From a virus (Duplodnaviria; Caudoviricetes), in the IMG/VR virus record IMGVR_UViG_3300020045_006781, positions 1 through 33,949 of that record: 33,949 nucleotides of DNA. One strand, written 5' to 3'. Of the stretch, positions 33,185-33,949 are shown piece after piece (positions within the stretch are counted from its first letter, which is position 1; every line of letters starts with the position of its first letter). The notes below the pieces were generated by a model, which did not search any database, had not been told where the DNA came from, and saw nothing but the letters and a program-made list of their open reading frames with translations. A program made the translations under genes and the position numbers.

Positions 33185-33458
33185 GATTCACTCTCAGCAA
33201 GGGGGCACTATCCACCAATTCAATGAAAAGTACGGTATTGATTTTTTGATTGATAAACCGATTTTGGATAGTTCATCCTATAAATTAGGGAATGAATCAG
33301 GTGGATCAAATAAGAGTATTTGGAAAAATAAATACATCTTTTACCCTGTAGCTTCTTTTGGTAATCCAACACATCAAACAAAGGTTAATTTTATTTTAGG
33401 ATTTGTAAATTCATATAAAAATGAGAATAACTCCAAAGAGCGTTCAGGTACATTTTGA
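33150..33458 (+). CDS. Hypothetical protein
   Basis: Packed ORF; QQGGTIHQ motif. Confidence 0.55.
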   Translation: MKMKTTLQILCEIHSQQGGTIHQFNEKYGIDFLIDKPILDSSSYKLGNESGGSNKSIWKNKYIFYPVASFGNPTHQTKVNFILGFVNSYKNENNSKERSGTF

Positions 33459-33603
33459 ATGCATTTGCGGATTTAATCAGGTTAATCATGATACTTTATT
33501 AATTCGTTGGAAAGATCTGTCTAAGGCCGGTATTAAACGAAAAAAAGGATGGTTATTTACTCACATTAAAAGCACTCAATGTTTATGCAGCACTGCTATA
33601 TAA
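33421..33603 (+). CDS. Hypothetical protein
   Basis: Short overlapping ORF. Confidence 0.4.
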   Translation: MRITPKSVQVHFECICGFNQVNHDTLLIRWKDLSKAGIKRKKGWLFTHIKSTQCLCSTAI

Positions 33604-33764
33604 TTTACTACGAATACCTCAACCCTGATTTTGAAAAGGTTTGGAATAGCAATACTGTTCAGTGTGATACCTTCCAGGAACTATTATATCAGCTTCGCCA
33701 ATCGGAAACGAAAGGGTTTCGAAACGTCATAATAACTACTATACAGAATGCTCAGCCGCAATAG
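33579..33764 (+). CDS. Hypothetical protein
   Basis: Short overlapping ORF. Confidence 0.45.
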   Translation: MFMQHCYIIYYEYLNPDFEKVWNSNTVQCDTFQELLYQLRQSETKGFRNVIITTIQNAQPQ

Positions 33765-33933
33765 AAAATATTTTGAGAAAAGATCTCGGGGTTTTAGTCC
33801 ATTAAATTTTTGGGTTTTTAACGCCAATAAGAAAAAGAGCTACCTTTCTTCAGCTACGCCATTTCCGGCAACGAAGCTAACCCGTGGTACTTCAATTTCT
33901 ACTTCACATTTTTTAATTAAAAAAATAGCCTAA
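33748..33933 (+). CDS. Hypothetical protein
   Basis: Short basic ORF; weak support. Confidence 0.3.
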   Translation: MLSRNRKYFEKRSRGFSPLNFWVFNANKKKSYLSSATPFPATKLTRGTSISTSHFLIKKIA

Positions 33934-33949
33934 TCATGAGAAAATTATT

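Noticed and set aside
1-33949. Stop-codon reassignment (as in some Bacteroidota phages)
   Set aside because: Genes tile densely under code 11, and TAG, TGA and TAA all end full-length genes.

Overview
Fragment of a tailed-phage (Caudoviricetes) or prophage genome. Nearly all genes are on the + strand. The host is probably a Bacteroidota bacterium, inferred from TAnnTTTG promoters, A-rich leaders without Shine-Dalgarno motifs, and signal peptides followed by Gln. Layout: (1) 1-4.3 kb, lambda-like head module (Clp protease/scaffold, gpD-like decoration protein, gpE-like capsid, head-tail proteins); (2) 4.3-9.8 kb, a membrane protein and three fibre/receptor-binding-like proteins that carry apparent Sec signal peptides, with no tail tube, sheath or tape-measure gene; (3) 9.8-12.2 kb, lysis cassette preceded by a polyproline uORF; (4) 12.3-31.6 kb, recombination, replication and modification genes (ERF, PD-(D/E)XK nuclease, MazG-like, ASCH, split DnaB-like genes, N6 MTase, C5 MTase, NinB-like, HNH, pentapeptide repeat, 3'-5' exonuclease, RusA) and an aberrant tRNA-like gene; (5) 31.9-33.9 kb, small early genes. 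The most notable observations are: a C5 methyltransferase whose motifs are divided between two fully overlapping same-strand frames; an oriC-like cluster (parS-like site plus DnaA boxes) with a possible dif-like site elsewhere; hairpin RNAs whose loops are antisense to repeated leader motifs; a palindromic operator present in four copies; and the signal-peptide-bearing fibre module. All product calls come from motifs and synteny read by eye; no database searches were run.
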